50,006 bases of DNA from Alphaproteobacteria bacterium (GCA_021774995.1 JAJFIM010000172.1:1-50006); one strand, 5' to 3'. Positions 26,321-35,604 are shown, numbered from the stretch's first letter. Translations and numbers: made by a program. Notes: generated by a model not told the origin, from the letters alone.

Positions 26321-27000
26321 GGTTTGCATTAGTAGATAATAGGAAAGTTGCACCACAACCAAAGATGCAAGGAACTTGCCCTCATTGCGGTGAGGTTATG
26401 ATCTCAAAATGTGGAAGAACCAAAGTTTGGCATTGGGCGCATAAGTCACGAGAAGTATGTGATCCATGGTGGGAAAATGAAACAGAATGGCATCGAAATT
26501 GGAAAAACCAATTTCCTGTAGAATGGCAAGAAATTTCAGCCATTGATGAGCTTACTGGAGAGCGCCATATAGCAGATGTTAAAACACCAGATGCCTTTAC
26601 TGTAGAATTTCAACACTCTCCGATGCCCCCAGAAGAAATGATCGCACGAGAATCTTTCTACGGAAATATGATATGGATAATTGATGGTTTAAGAAATGAC
26701 CTAGATGTTAGCTATTTCAATATGGGTTTAAGCAGAGAACCCGTTAATGTCGATGGACCGCAAGCCCACGCGTTTGAGTGGTGGGGAAGAAGCCGTTTGA
26801 TGCATAATTGGTCAGAAGCTAAGTCGAGAGTCTTTCTTGATTTTGGAGATGAATTTTATAATGGCAAGCCCATGCTGTGGGTACTGATATGTTTTGATAA
26901 AACAACAAAACAGGGTGTTGTAGGCCCATACCCTAAAGCTCTGCTGATTGAAAATATTGTAAACAACAAATGGTGCGACATACCATCCATAACTGAATAA
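26317..27000 (+). CDS. CoiA-like PD-(D/E)xK-superfamily nuclease-fold protein
   Basis: 227 aa. CPHCG zinc knuckle, HWAHKS, ETEWHRNWK, RHIADV, VEFQHSP and MIWIIDG follow the CoiA family order. ATGA overlap with the MTase stop. Confidence 0.65.
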   Translation: MRFALVDNRKVAPQPKMQGTCPHCGEVMISKCGRTKVWHWAHKSREVCDPWWENETEWHRNWKNQFPVEWQEISAIDELTGERHIADVKTPDAFTVEFQHSPMPPEEMIARESFYGNMIWIIDGLRNDLDVSYFNMGLSREPVNVDGPQAHAFEWWGRSRLMHNWSEAKSRVFLDFGDEFYNGKPMLWVLICFDKTTKQGVVGPYPKALLIENIVNNKWCDIPSITE

Positions 27001-27022
27001 ATAGAAAGCTGTAGGAATTATC

Positions 27023-29074
27023 ATGACCGAAAATAAAAGCATACCATCCGTTACTGTAAATTATAAAAGTACAGGCAGCTCCACTTCATCTAACGAGCTA
27101 GGTATGCGCCCAATGCAAGAACGCGCCTATGAAAAGCGCGGTGAACAATATTTGCTTATTAAATCGCCGCCAGCATCGGGGAAGAGTAGGGCGCTCATGT
27201 TCATCGCTCTTGATAAGCTTGAAAATCAAGGCGTGAAGCAAGCCATTATTGCCGTACCAGAGAAATCTATCGGTTCGAGTTTTGCCGATGAACCTCTTAC
27301 AGGCTTCGGCTTTTATTATGATTGGCATGTAGAACCAAAATGGAATCTATGCAACGCCCCTGGGGAGGATGGCAGGAAGATAAATTCAGTTAAATCCTTC
27401 CTTGAAAGCGAAGATAAAATTCTTGTCTGCACACACGCAACTTTTCGCTTTGCCATAGAGCGTTTTGGGGTTGAAGCCTTTGACGACCGTTTAATAGCTA
27501 TAGATGAGTTCCACCATGTCAGTGCTGAAGAGGATAATGTCCTTGGTTCACAGCTTAAACAACTCGTTTCCCGAGACAAAGTGCATGTTGTGGCCATGAC
27601 GGGCTCATATTTTCGCGGTGATGCTAACCCTGTTTTAGCGCCTGATGATGAAGCCAAATTTGATACTGTCACATACACTTACTATGAACAGCTTAACGGC
27701 TATGAATATCTGAAAACGCTTAATATTGGCTATTACTTCTATAGCGAGGCATATGCCGATGAAATTTTAAATGTTCTTGATCCGAATGAAAAAACGATCA
27801 TTCATATACCAAACGTCAATTCCCGCGAAAGTATGGGCGACAAAATCAAAGAAGTTGAACATATCATTGAAGAACTAGGCGACTGGCAAGGGATCGATCC
27901 GGACACTGGCTTTCATTTAGTGAAAACATCAGAGGGGAAAACCATACGAATTGCTGATTTGGTTGATGATGATAAATCAAAGCGCGACAAGGTTTCCGCT
28001 TCCTTAAAACGTCCAGAGGCTAAAAAGAACCGTGACCACGTTGATATTATCATCGCGCTTGGCATGGCAAAAGAGGGTTTTGACTGGATTTGGTGCGAAC
28101 ATGCACTCACCGTAGGTTATCGTTCTAGCCTGACGGAAATAGTACAAATTATTGGGCGTGCCACAAGAGACGCACCTGCAAAAACCCATGCTCGTTTCAC
28201 AAATCTGATTGCTGAACCGGACGCTGCGGAAGACGCCGTTACTGACGCTGTAAACGATACCCTTAAAGCAATTTCAGCCAGCTTGTTGATGGAACAAGTG
28301 CTTGCACCAAAATTCAATTTTGTGCCTAAAAACCCACAAAATACCGCAGACCCAGATTTTGATTACGGGGAAGGGGGCTATAATCCAGATAAGTGTAATG
28401 TCGGTTTTAACGATCAAAGCGGTCAATTTCAGATCGAGATAAAAGGTCTAACAGAACCAAAGAGTGAAAACGCACAACGTATTTGCCAAGAAGATTTAAA
28501 CGAGGTTATTGCGGCTTTCGCTCAAGACAAGCAAGCGATCGAGCGCGGCCTGTTTGATGAAGAAATGGTGCCAGAGGAGCTGACGCAAGTTCGAATGGGG
28601 AAAATAATCAAAGATAAATACCCTGAACTGGATGATGAAGATCAAGAATCTGTACGGCAACATGCTATAGCAGCGCTGAACTTCACGCAAAAAGCAAAAG
28701 AAACACTTAACAACGATGATGAATTAGGAGGGCGTGGTAATACAGCTTTGATTGATGGCGTTCGTAAATTTACAATGGATGTCCGTGATTTGGATGTTGA
28801 TTGGATAGACAGCATTAACCCATTCAGCGAGGCATACTCAATTCTCTCCAAAGCTATGACTGAGCAAAGCTTAAAAGCAATGGCAGAGGTCATATCAGCC
28901 AGAAAACCTAATATATCAGCGGATGAAGCGCGCGAATTAGCAAAACGGGGGCTAAAGTTCAAACAAGAGCGTGGCAGGTTGCCTGATATTAAATCTGCTG
29001 ATCCTTGGGAACAACGTATGGCGCAGGGCATTGCCTTCCTAGCACGCATGAAAGCAGAGGCCGCTAATGGCTAA
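27023..29074 (+). CDS. SF2 (ResIII/DEAD-DEAH-type) helicase without an intrinsic nuclease domain
   Basis: 683 aa. Motif I SPPASGKS, II AIDEFHH, III AMTGS, VI VQIIGRATR. ~280-aa helical C-terminal extension ending in a 'GRLP' module. Confidence 0.85.
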   Translation: MTENKSIPSVTVNYKSTGSSTSSNELGMRPMQERAYEKRGEQYLLIKSPPASGKSRALMFIALDKLENQGVKQAIIAVPEKSIGSSFADEPLTGFGFYYDWHVEPKWNLCNAPGEDGRKINSVKSFLESEDKILVCTHATFRFAIERFGVEAFDDRLIAIDEFHHVSAEEDNVLGSQLKQLVSRDKVHVVAMTGSYFRGDANPVLAPDDEAKFDTVTYTYYEQLNGYEYLKTLNIGYYFYSEAYADEILNVLDPNEKTIIHIPNVNSRESMGDKIKEVEHIIEELGDWQGIDPDTGFHLVKTSEGKTIRIADLVDDDKSKRDKVSASLKRPEAKKNRDHVDIIIALGMAKEGFDWIWCEHALTVGYRSSLTEIVQIIGRATRDAPAKTHARFTNLIAEPDAAEDAVTDAVNDTLKAISASLLMEQVLAPKFNFVPKNPQNTADPDFDYGEGGYNPDKCNVGFNDQSGQFQIEIKGLTEPKSENAQRICQEDLNEVIAAFAQDKQAIERGLFDEEMVPEELTQVRMGKIIKDKYPELDDEDQESVRQHAIAALNFTQKAKETLNNDDELGGRGNTALIDGVRKFTMDVRDLDVDWIDSINPFSEAYSILSKAMTEQSLKAMAEVISARKPNISADEARELAKRGLKFKQERGRLPDIKSADPWEQRMAQGIAFLARMKAEAANG

Positions 29075-30290
29075 AAAACAAGCTTTTACAGATGATGATA
29101 ATGCACTTTTGGAAGAATTAGGCATAGAAACCGAAATTAAGAAAGCGGTTGCTCATACACCAAAAGAGGAGCGGATCATTTCCGGTTTTGAAGAAATACA
29201 AAAATTTATCGAGGATAATGGACGATTGCCTGAACATGGCGAAGATAAGGACATATTTGAACGTCTTTACGCGGTTAGGCTCGATCAAATTCGCAAGCAA
29301 GAAGAAAGCCTAACTCTTCTTAAAAATATTGATTCCCAAAACCTTTTGGATGGAAGCTACGAAGCGGCTGTAGATGTCCCAGATGATATTGACGATGATG
29401 AACTTCTAGCGCAGCTCGGTGTTGATATTGAGAGTGACAACTCCATTACAACATTAACGCATGTTAAGCCTCGCGCTGAGATAAGGGCTGCGGAAGAAAT
29501 TGCCAATCGTACCCCTTGCGAAGATTTTGAGAAATTCAAACCAGTCTTTCAAGCCGTTCAAAAAGAATTGGATATGGGCGTTAGGATTTCTCGAATAATT
29601 CGTAAAGATGCCGGCTTTTTAAAAACAGATATTAAGCAGAGAGAATTTTTCATTCTAGGCGGCCAAACTCTATATATTGCTGAGGTTGGCGAAACTATAA
29701 AAGCGCCTAACGGCCAAACAGACGCACGATTACGCGTCATTTATTCAAATGGTACTGAAAGTGATATTCTGCTTCGTTCGCTTCAACGCGCCATTTATAA
29801 AGATGAAGCGAGCAGGCATATTACAAACCCCACGGCTGGGCCTTTATTTTCCGACAAAGATAGTGAAGGTGATTTAGAAAGCGGCACTATCTATGTGCTT
29901 CGAAGCCTTTCAGATCACCCAACAGTCATAGAAAACAGAGACATTGTTCATAAAATCGGGGTTACTGGTGGTGATGTTGAAAAACGTATTACCAACGCTA
30001 AAAATGACCCAACTTTCCTCATGGCCGGTGTAGAAATCATTGCCACATACAAGCTGGCAAATATCAGCCGCACAAAACTTGAAAAAATCATTCATAAGTT
30101 CTTCAATGCTGCAAAGCTAGATATTGAAATCATAGACCGATTTGGAAAGCCTGTTACAGCTAGAGAATGGTTCTTAGTGCCAGTGTTCGTCATTGACGAA
30201 ATGGTAGAAAAAATTAGAGATGGTAGCATAAGCGAATATTATTATGACCCTAAATCTGCGTCATTAAAGAAAATGGCGGGTCTAAACTAA
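29067..30290 (+). CDS. T5orf172/MUG113 (GIY-YIG-like) domain protein with N-terminal 'GRLP' helical module
   Basis: 407 aa. C-terminal domain has GTIYVLRS...HKIGVTGGDVEKRI...AREWF. 8-nt overlap with the helicase gene. Confidence 0.8.
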   Translation: MAKKQAFTDDDNALLEELGIETEIKKAVAHTPKEERIISGFEEIQKFIEDNGRLPEHGEDKDIFERLYAVRLDQIRKQEESLTLLKNIDSQNLLDGSYEAAVDVPDDIDDDELLAQLGVDIESDNSITTLTHVKPRAEIRAAEEIANRTPCEDFEKFKPVFQAVQKELDMGVRISRIIRKDAGFLKTDIKQREFFILGGQTLYIAEVGETIKAPNGQTDARLRVIYSNGTESDILLRSLQRAIYKDEASRHITNPTAGPLFSDKDSEGDLESGTIYVLRSLSDHPTVIENRDIVHKIGVTGGDVEKRITNAKNDPTFLMAGVEIIATYKLANISRTKLEKIIHKFFNAAKLDIEIIDRFGKPVTAREWFLVPVFVIDEMVEKIRDGSISEYYYDPKSASLKKMAGLN

Positions 30291-31285
30291 TGGGATTACT
30301 ACAGAACGCAATTTACTCAATAGAAGTTGGTATTGAGGACTATCAGGAAGGTGAAGACAAAAGAAATGTATCTGCTGTTCGAAACGTATATGCAGGCATC
30401 CTTCTTCTCCTAAAAGAAAAGCTAGTACGCCTTTCACCTGAATATGACCCCGACCTTCTTATAAAAAAGCGTTTAATTCCACAAAAGAACAAAGCTGGTG
30501 ACGTCGAATTTATTGGAGCCGGAAAAACAACAGTAAACCTCAAAGAGATAGAAGTTAGGTTTAAGAATCTAGGGGTAAGCGTAGACTGGAGCCGACTTTA
30601 CGAAATAAGCCGCCTGCGAAATGAACTTGAGCACTATTACACAGATAAATCTCCTGGGCTGGTACGAGAAACTCTAGCCAAATCATTTCTTATCATAAGA
30701 GATTTTTTAACAAACGAACTAGACGAAAGCCCCGTCTCTATAATCGATCGCGATCTATGGCCTGCGTTCTTAGAGATTGAAGAAGTGTTTTTTGCAGAAG
30801 AAAAAGTATGTAAAGAGTCATTTAAAGGTTTTAACTGGAAGTATGAAACAATAAATCAAGCGGTAAAGCATGCTAAATGTTATTTCTGCGAGTCCTCACT
30901 TGTACAACTTATTGAGCATGAGCCATACGACGATAAACCAGCAGGCAAGCCTCTTTTCAAAGAGTTTCTTACAAAAATGCAATGTAACTCTTGTGGGGAG
31001 CCTATTGATTACTGGCCAGATTTCTTTGAAAAATGCGTAGAAGAGCTTTTGTACACTGATTCATATATCGCCGCTACTGAAGGAGGCATCCCTCCCTACG
31101 ATTCCTGCCCTGAATGCGGAAAAAATACATTTATATTTGAAGAGGGGTGCTGTGTTGCCTGTGATTATAAACCTGAGCATGAGGGGTGCGCTCGCTGTAG
31201 TAATCACATAGGCCTTGATGAACAAGATTTGAACGGATTGTGTTCTTACTGCGCTAACCTAGCTGAAAAAATCAGGAGAGAATAA
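30290..31285 (+). CDS. uncharacterised protein: N-terminal helical domain with RNxxxH (HEPN-like) motif plus C-terminal cluster of six CxxC pairs
   Basis: 331 aa. RLRNELEH at aa 108-115 (nt 30611-30634). CYFC, CNSC, CPEC, CVAC, CARC and CSYC in the last 130 aa. Start overlaps the upstream stop (TAATG), and its stop abuts the next start (TAAATG). Confidence 0.6.
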   Translation: MGLLQNAIYSIEVGIEDYQEGEDKRNVSAVRNVYAGILLLLKEKLVRLSPEYDPDLLIKKRLIPQKNKAGDVEFIGAGKTTVNLKEIEVRFKNLGVSVDWSRLYEISRLRNELEHYYTDKSPGLVRETLAKSFLIIRDFLTNELDESPVSIIDRDLWPAFLEIEEVFFAEEKVCKESFKGFNWKYETINQAVKHAKCYFCESSLVQLIEHEPYDDKPAGKPLFKEFLTKMQCNSCGEPIDYWPDFFEKCVEELLYTDSYIAATEGGIPPYDSCPECGKNTFIFEEGCCVACDYKPEHEGCARCSNHIGLDEQDLNGLCSYCANLAEKIRRE

Positions 31286-32557
31286 ATGCCAACTCAGCCT
31301 GTAGCTATAACACCACCGCATACGGCCATAACTTCTTGGAGCGGTTTTATATACCAGGGCAAGGTTGCCCTGTATCACGTCCTTTGTTTACTAGAAATGC
31401 GACAAGAGTGTGAGGGATACAAATTACAGCTAGATAGCCTAGAAGATTTTGCAATTTTAGACGCTCATTCAAACCCAGTGTCTTTGCATCAAGTGAAAGC
31501 TAAAAAAACTCAATATTATAACGATTACCAAGCTGACATTATCAAAACGAAAGTAAAAGCAGCCTATTGCAATTCTGACCAAGCCTTCTTTCATACAGCC
31601 AGAGAAATTACTGATAAAACTCCAACAGAAATTGCTTCAGATGAAGAACCTGTAAAGCTGTATGAATATGATGGCAAATTCTATTGTGGAGTCGACGAAA
31701 TAGATAGCCAGATTGAAGGACAATTAAAAAAACTATGGGAAGGACAAAGTTTTAAGGAAGCTGATAGCTATACTAGAATAGCTCGTCAGCATTTTGATCA
31801 AATAATATTCAAACAAGTTTTAGCTATCCATGGAATAGTTCACGAAGGCACTCAAAGTGATACGGCAGCGGCATTTAATGAAACCATAGATTTTGATAAA
31901 TTCATTAAGCTTATAGACCATCACAATTTGATGACAATAGGCCAAAGTGAAGAATATTGGCTCTATATTCTTCTAAATGACATGCATCAATATTACCAAG
32001 AATACTGCATTAGTGAAGAGGGTAGCTTCGAAGAAGGCGAAGCAGAAAAACTGGCCAATTATATGTATGCTATAAGCAAACTAAACGAAAAAGAAATACT
32101 GCTCTTTATTAGAAGCATTACTCCACACCGAAAAGGAACCTTAAATTCTCTATCAGAATATAAGGACGAAACGTTTAACCGAGACGACTTTCACTTTGCT
32201 TTCTTAAAAATTCTAAAAACGCTTAAAAAAACGGAGATGAATAAAGGTAATTTATTGCAATGGTTGAAATTAGGCGACTTCTTTTTTCCTACAGCTATCT
32301 CATCACCGCCAAGCGCCACTACAAATGTCTGTATGAAAATCGTAAAGAATTTTAAGAACACTGATTTAGAAGTTTTATATGAAAGGTCTAAATTGATAAC
32401 CTCTGATATTGATGAACCCTCAATTTACGATGCCGTTTCTCATATTATCGGCACTGAGGGTATGGACGACATAGAAAGCAGTGAATACAATATTCTAAAT
32501 TTAAAAAAAGTAGCACTTATATCTTTAGATAAAGCAAAAGATGAAATTAATGATTGA
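31286..32557 (+). CDS. lmuA: Lamassu/ABC-3C effector with N-terminal Cap4/DUF4297-type PD-(D/E)xK nuclease (LmuA/DdmA-like)
   Basis: 423 aa. GFIYQGKVAL ... LDSLEDFAIL ... LHQVKAK is the DUF4297/Cap4 nuclease pattern. Confidence 0.7.
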   Translation: MPTQPVAITPPHTAITSWSGFIYQGKVALYHVLCLLEMRQECEGYKLQLDSLEDFAILDAHSNPVSLHQVKAKKTQYYNDYQADIIKTKVKAAYCNSDQAFFHTAREITDKTPTEIASDEEPVKLYEYDGKFYCGVDEIDSQIEGQLKKLWEGQSFKEADSYTRIARQHFDQIIFKQVLAIHGIVHEGTQSDTAAAFNETIDFDKFIKLIDHHNLMTIGQSEEYWLYILLNDMHQYYQEYCISEEGSFEEGEAEKLANYMYAISKLNEKEILLFIRSITPHRKGTLNSLSEYKDETFNRDDFHFAFLKILKTLKKTEMNKGNLLQWLKLGDFFFPTAISSPPSATTNVCMKIVKNFKNTDLEVLYERSKLITSDIDEPSIYDAVSHIIGTEGMDDIESSEYNILNLKKVALISLDKAKDEIND

Positions 32558-33269
32558 TCTTATAAAAAATATTTTTACTAGCTACGGCTACACAAATACT
32601 GGATTAGACTCTCCAGATTTAACTTTGTACTCAAGTTCAGGTGATAGAGAGGAATATTGGCTGGTAACTCGAATTAATTCCGAGACTGACGCCTTACAAG
32701 AACAGCAAAACTTTTTTGATCGATGTGCCACACACATTGATAGTCCTACCTTAGAGAAAAATGTATCACTTTTGATGGTTTGGGAAACATCTGGTCACCT
32801 TCCACTAGAGGACCTTAAGAGAAAGATCATGCAAATAGAAGAAGACGCATATTTCTTTAAAAAATATGTTTTGCATTATGCGCCGCAACAAAAAGTAGCT
32901 CTGCAGCAAGAGCTAGGAGAAGAAAACAGCTTAAAAGATTTTCTATCCGAAAAAATAGTCAACCAGGACATATTTAAAAGATACAAAAATGAAAAATTAG
33001 AGAATAGCCATACAATGACTTGGGAATCTCTAATATATCGAATGGCGATTAAAATCCCTTTCATAAACGTAAAAATTGAATCTAAAGATGATTTAGGTTC
33101 CCTAAAGAGAGAAAACCAAGAGGCAATTGATGAAAAAGAGGCGCATATAATTGAGATAAATGAAAAGCTCTTCTCTTTGAGAAAGCAAGATTACCTTTTT
33201 GACGCTGAGACCGCACCAGAGGAGTTATTGGATGCTCTAGAGGAGGAACTAAATGAAAATCAGAATTAA
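32541..33269 (+). CDS. lmuC: Lamassu/ABC-3C middle component (LmuC/DdmB-like)
   Basis: 242 aa, acidic and helical. Assigned from its position between the nuclease effector and the SMC-like ATPase, with 17-nt overlaps on both sides. Confidence 0.55.
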   Translation: MKLMIDLIKNIFTSYGYTNTGLDSPDLTLYSSSGDREEYWLVTRINSETDALQEQQNFFDRCATHIDSPTLEKNVSLLMVWETSGHLPLEDLKRKIMQIEEDAYFFKKYVLHYAPQQKVALQQELGEENSLKDFLSEKIVNQDIFKRYKNEKLENSHTMTWESLIYRMAIKIPFINVKIESKDDLGSLKRENQEAIDEKEAHIIEINEKLFSLRKQDYLFDAETAPEELLDALEEELNENQN

Positions 33270-35604
33270 GCGCATAAAAGTTGAGGGGTTTAAGTGCTTT
33301 CAGAGTTTTTCAAGAAACTTTTACAGCGAAAACATAATAATATTCGATGGGCCAAATGGATTTGGCAAAACATCTTTTTACGACGCAATTGAATTTCTTT
33401 TCACCGGCCAAGTTCGACGCTATGAAGAATTAGTGACAAGCATTGTTGATAAAAGAAGCAATAGCCAAGACGGAAGCCCACTCTTAAATAAAGACTATGA
33501 TGGGGAGGGCTTAAGTATTAAAGCTGAATTAGAGGTTAATGGAGAGACCGTCTTTTTAATGAGAAAAGAAAGTGCAGTCACTTTAAGGTCACAACAAAAA
33601 ATAAGTTCTACAAAACTCCCATTGTACCGACTGAAAAGCTTCGAAGATAACAATCCACCACGCGAAGAAAACGAGACAGAATACTTACAAGGTCTTTTTG
33701 GAAAAGATTACATCGAAAATTTTGAATATCTCAATTATATAGAGCAACAAGAAAATATATATCTACTCAAACAACCTGACAAAGGTCGTGCCACTGCAAT
33801 TGCTCATCTCTTTAAAACTTCAGAGTTTCAAAATAAAATCCAACTGATTACCGATGCAAAGAAAAAGCTTAAAAAGCTCTGTGATGCTGATAAAAAAAGG
33901 CAATTAGAATCACAAAAGCAAGATCTTGATGAACAAGAAAAACGTTTTAATGAAAGTGAAATAAATCAAGCAGATTACACGCGTTTGATCAATTGGAAAG
34001 AAATAGTATGGGACAAAAAACAAATCGACGTTCCAATATCTAGCTTTGTAGAATGGCTTGATGATGATGGCGAATTAGATGGGCTACTACAGCTAGTCAG
34101 CCATCACAAAGAGTATAAGAAAGAACGAGAAAATAGAAAAATCAAGGCACTACTTGATAATGAACCCCTATTAAAACAGTACATACAGTATTGGAAATAT
34201 ATAGAGAAAGAACCCAGCCTATCACGCGCACTGAGTTTACAAGATGAAATAACTGATTTTTTAAAATCCTATGAAAATGGTGTTGTAAACCACATTGAAA
34301 AAGATCCCTTTGTTTTAAGCGAAGATCTTAAAAGTATATTACAACAAACAGAACTAATTGATTACACAAGCTACACCCCAAGTTTAGAGCATATAAAATC
34401 AGTTCAAAGCAGAACTAACTCCTTCTCTGTAATGTTGACTAAAATTCAAAGTACCAGACAGAATTTTATTGATAAATTTTTAAAGCACTCAACAGAGTTA
34501 GCACATGAAGGCGCTTGTCCATTATGCGGTTACTCATGGGAAGATTTAGAAAAACTAAAAAAAGAATTTAAAGAACAAGAAAAGCATTTCCAAGTCTTGA
34601 TAGAGAAAGAAGGAGCTGAGCTAAATCGAGCAGTAGAAGCCTTTGAAAAACAAACATTAGTTCCTTTGAAAACGTTTTTAACTGAATATAAAAATCAGCA
34701 CAAAATAGACAAAGAATTTGTTCTTAAATTGCAGAAGGCAGTACAAAACAGAGATCATTTACATAGGTTAAACCAGGCTTTAGAAGCTAGAGGCATCAAC
34801 ACTCTTGAATACACGAAAGAAGCAAACATTGGTCATGATGAAGTAGGAATAAATGCGTTACTCAGAGAAATATCGTCTCAAGTAAAGGCAGTGGACTATG
34901 AAAAAATACAGTCAAACTATGATGCACTATTTATAGAAATCTTTGAAAAAAGCTTTGATAAGCTCAGTTCAATAAGCGCTGATGATATGAAAAATAAAAT
35001 TACATTCATAAAATCACAATTTGCCCTTAAGAGAAGTGAAGATATTCAGAAAAAACGTAAAGAATATACACACTCTGAAAAACTATTTAAGCGAGCAAAA
35101 AATACACACTTAAAACTAAGTGAACTGGAGAAAATATACAAAAAATCTTTAAGTGACTATCAAAGTAGTTTTATCGAAAATATAGAAATATTATTTCATA
35201 TCTACTATGGACGGATAGCACAAGAAACAAAGAATAGCTTGGGGCTTTTTATTCAATCCGATGGAAGTGCTATAAAATTTTTAGAACACCATTCCAGAGA
35301 TACTGACGCGATTTTTACTATGAGTGCCGGCCAATTGGCGACACTAGTAATCGCTTTTACACTTGCATTAAACAAACGGTTTTCTAAAAACAAGCTTCTC
35401 TTTATTGATGATCCCATACAAACGTTAGATGAGTTAAATATAGCCGGTTTAGTTGAGTTGTTGCGTAATGAGTTTGATGACCAACAAATTTTCTTATCTA
35501 CGCACGAAGATTCAATGTCCACTTACATTAGGTATAAATTTAAAAAATTCGGACTCCAGCACGAAAGACTAAGCTTTAAAGAAGCACAACTTAAAGCTAT
35601 CTGA
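33253..35604 (+). CDS. lmuB: Lamassu SMC/Rad50-like ABC ATPase (LmuB/DdmC-like) with central CxxC zinc hook
   Basis: 783 aa. Walker A GPNGFGKTS, signature MSAGQLATL, Walker B LLFIDDP, LSTHE. Long coiled coil with CPLCG at aa 422-426. Confidence 0.8.
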   Translation: MKIRIKRIKVEGFKCFQSFSRNFYSENIIIFDGPNGFGKTSFYDAIEFLFTGQVRRYEELVTSIVDKRSNSQDGSPLLNKDYDGEGLSIKAELEVNGETVFLMRKESAVTLRSQQKISSTKLPLYRLKSFEDNNPPREENETEYLQGLFGKDYIENFEYLNYIEQQENIYLLKQPDKGRATAIAHLFKTSEFQNKIQLITDAKKKLKKLCDADKKRQLESQKQDLDEQEKRFNESEINQADYTRLINWKEIVWDKKQIDVPISSFVEWLDDDGELDGLLQLVSHHKEYKKERENRKIKALLDNEPLLKQYIQYWKYIEKEPSLSRALSLQDEITDFLKSYENGVVNHIEKDPFVLSEDLKSILQQTELIDYTSYTPSLEHIKSVQSRTNSFSVMLTKIQSTRQNFIDKFLKHSTELAHEGACPLCGYSWEDLEKLKKEFKEQEKHFQVLIEKEGAELNRAVEAFEKQTLVPLKTFLTEYKNQHKIDKEFVLKLQKAVQNRDHLHRLNQALEARGINTLEYTKEANIGHDEVGINALLREISSQVKAVDYEKIQSNYDALFIEIFEKSFDKLSSISADDMKNKITFIKSQFALKRSEDIQKKRKEYTHSEKLFKRAKNTHLKLSELEKIYKKSLSDYQSSFIENIEILFHIYYGRIAQETKNSLGLFIQSDGSAIKFLEHHSRDTDAIFTMSAGQLATLVIAFTLALNKRFSKNKLLFIDDPIQTLDELNIAGLVELLRNEFDDQQIFLSTHEDSMSTYIRYKFKKFGLQHERLSFKEAQLKAI

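Noticed and set aside
27098-29049. Multiple 60-135-aa minus-strand ORFs inside the helicase gene
   Set aside because: They are antisense shadows of a motif-supported 683-aa ORF, with Ser/Ala/Arg-rich low-complexity translations.
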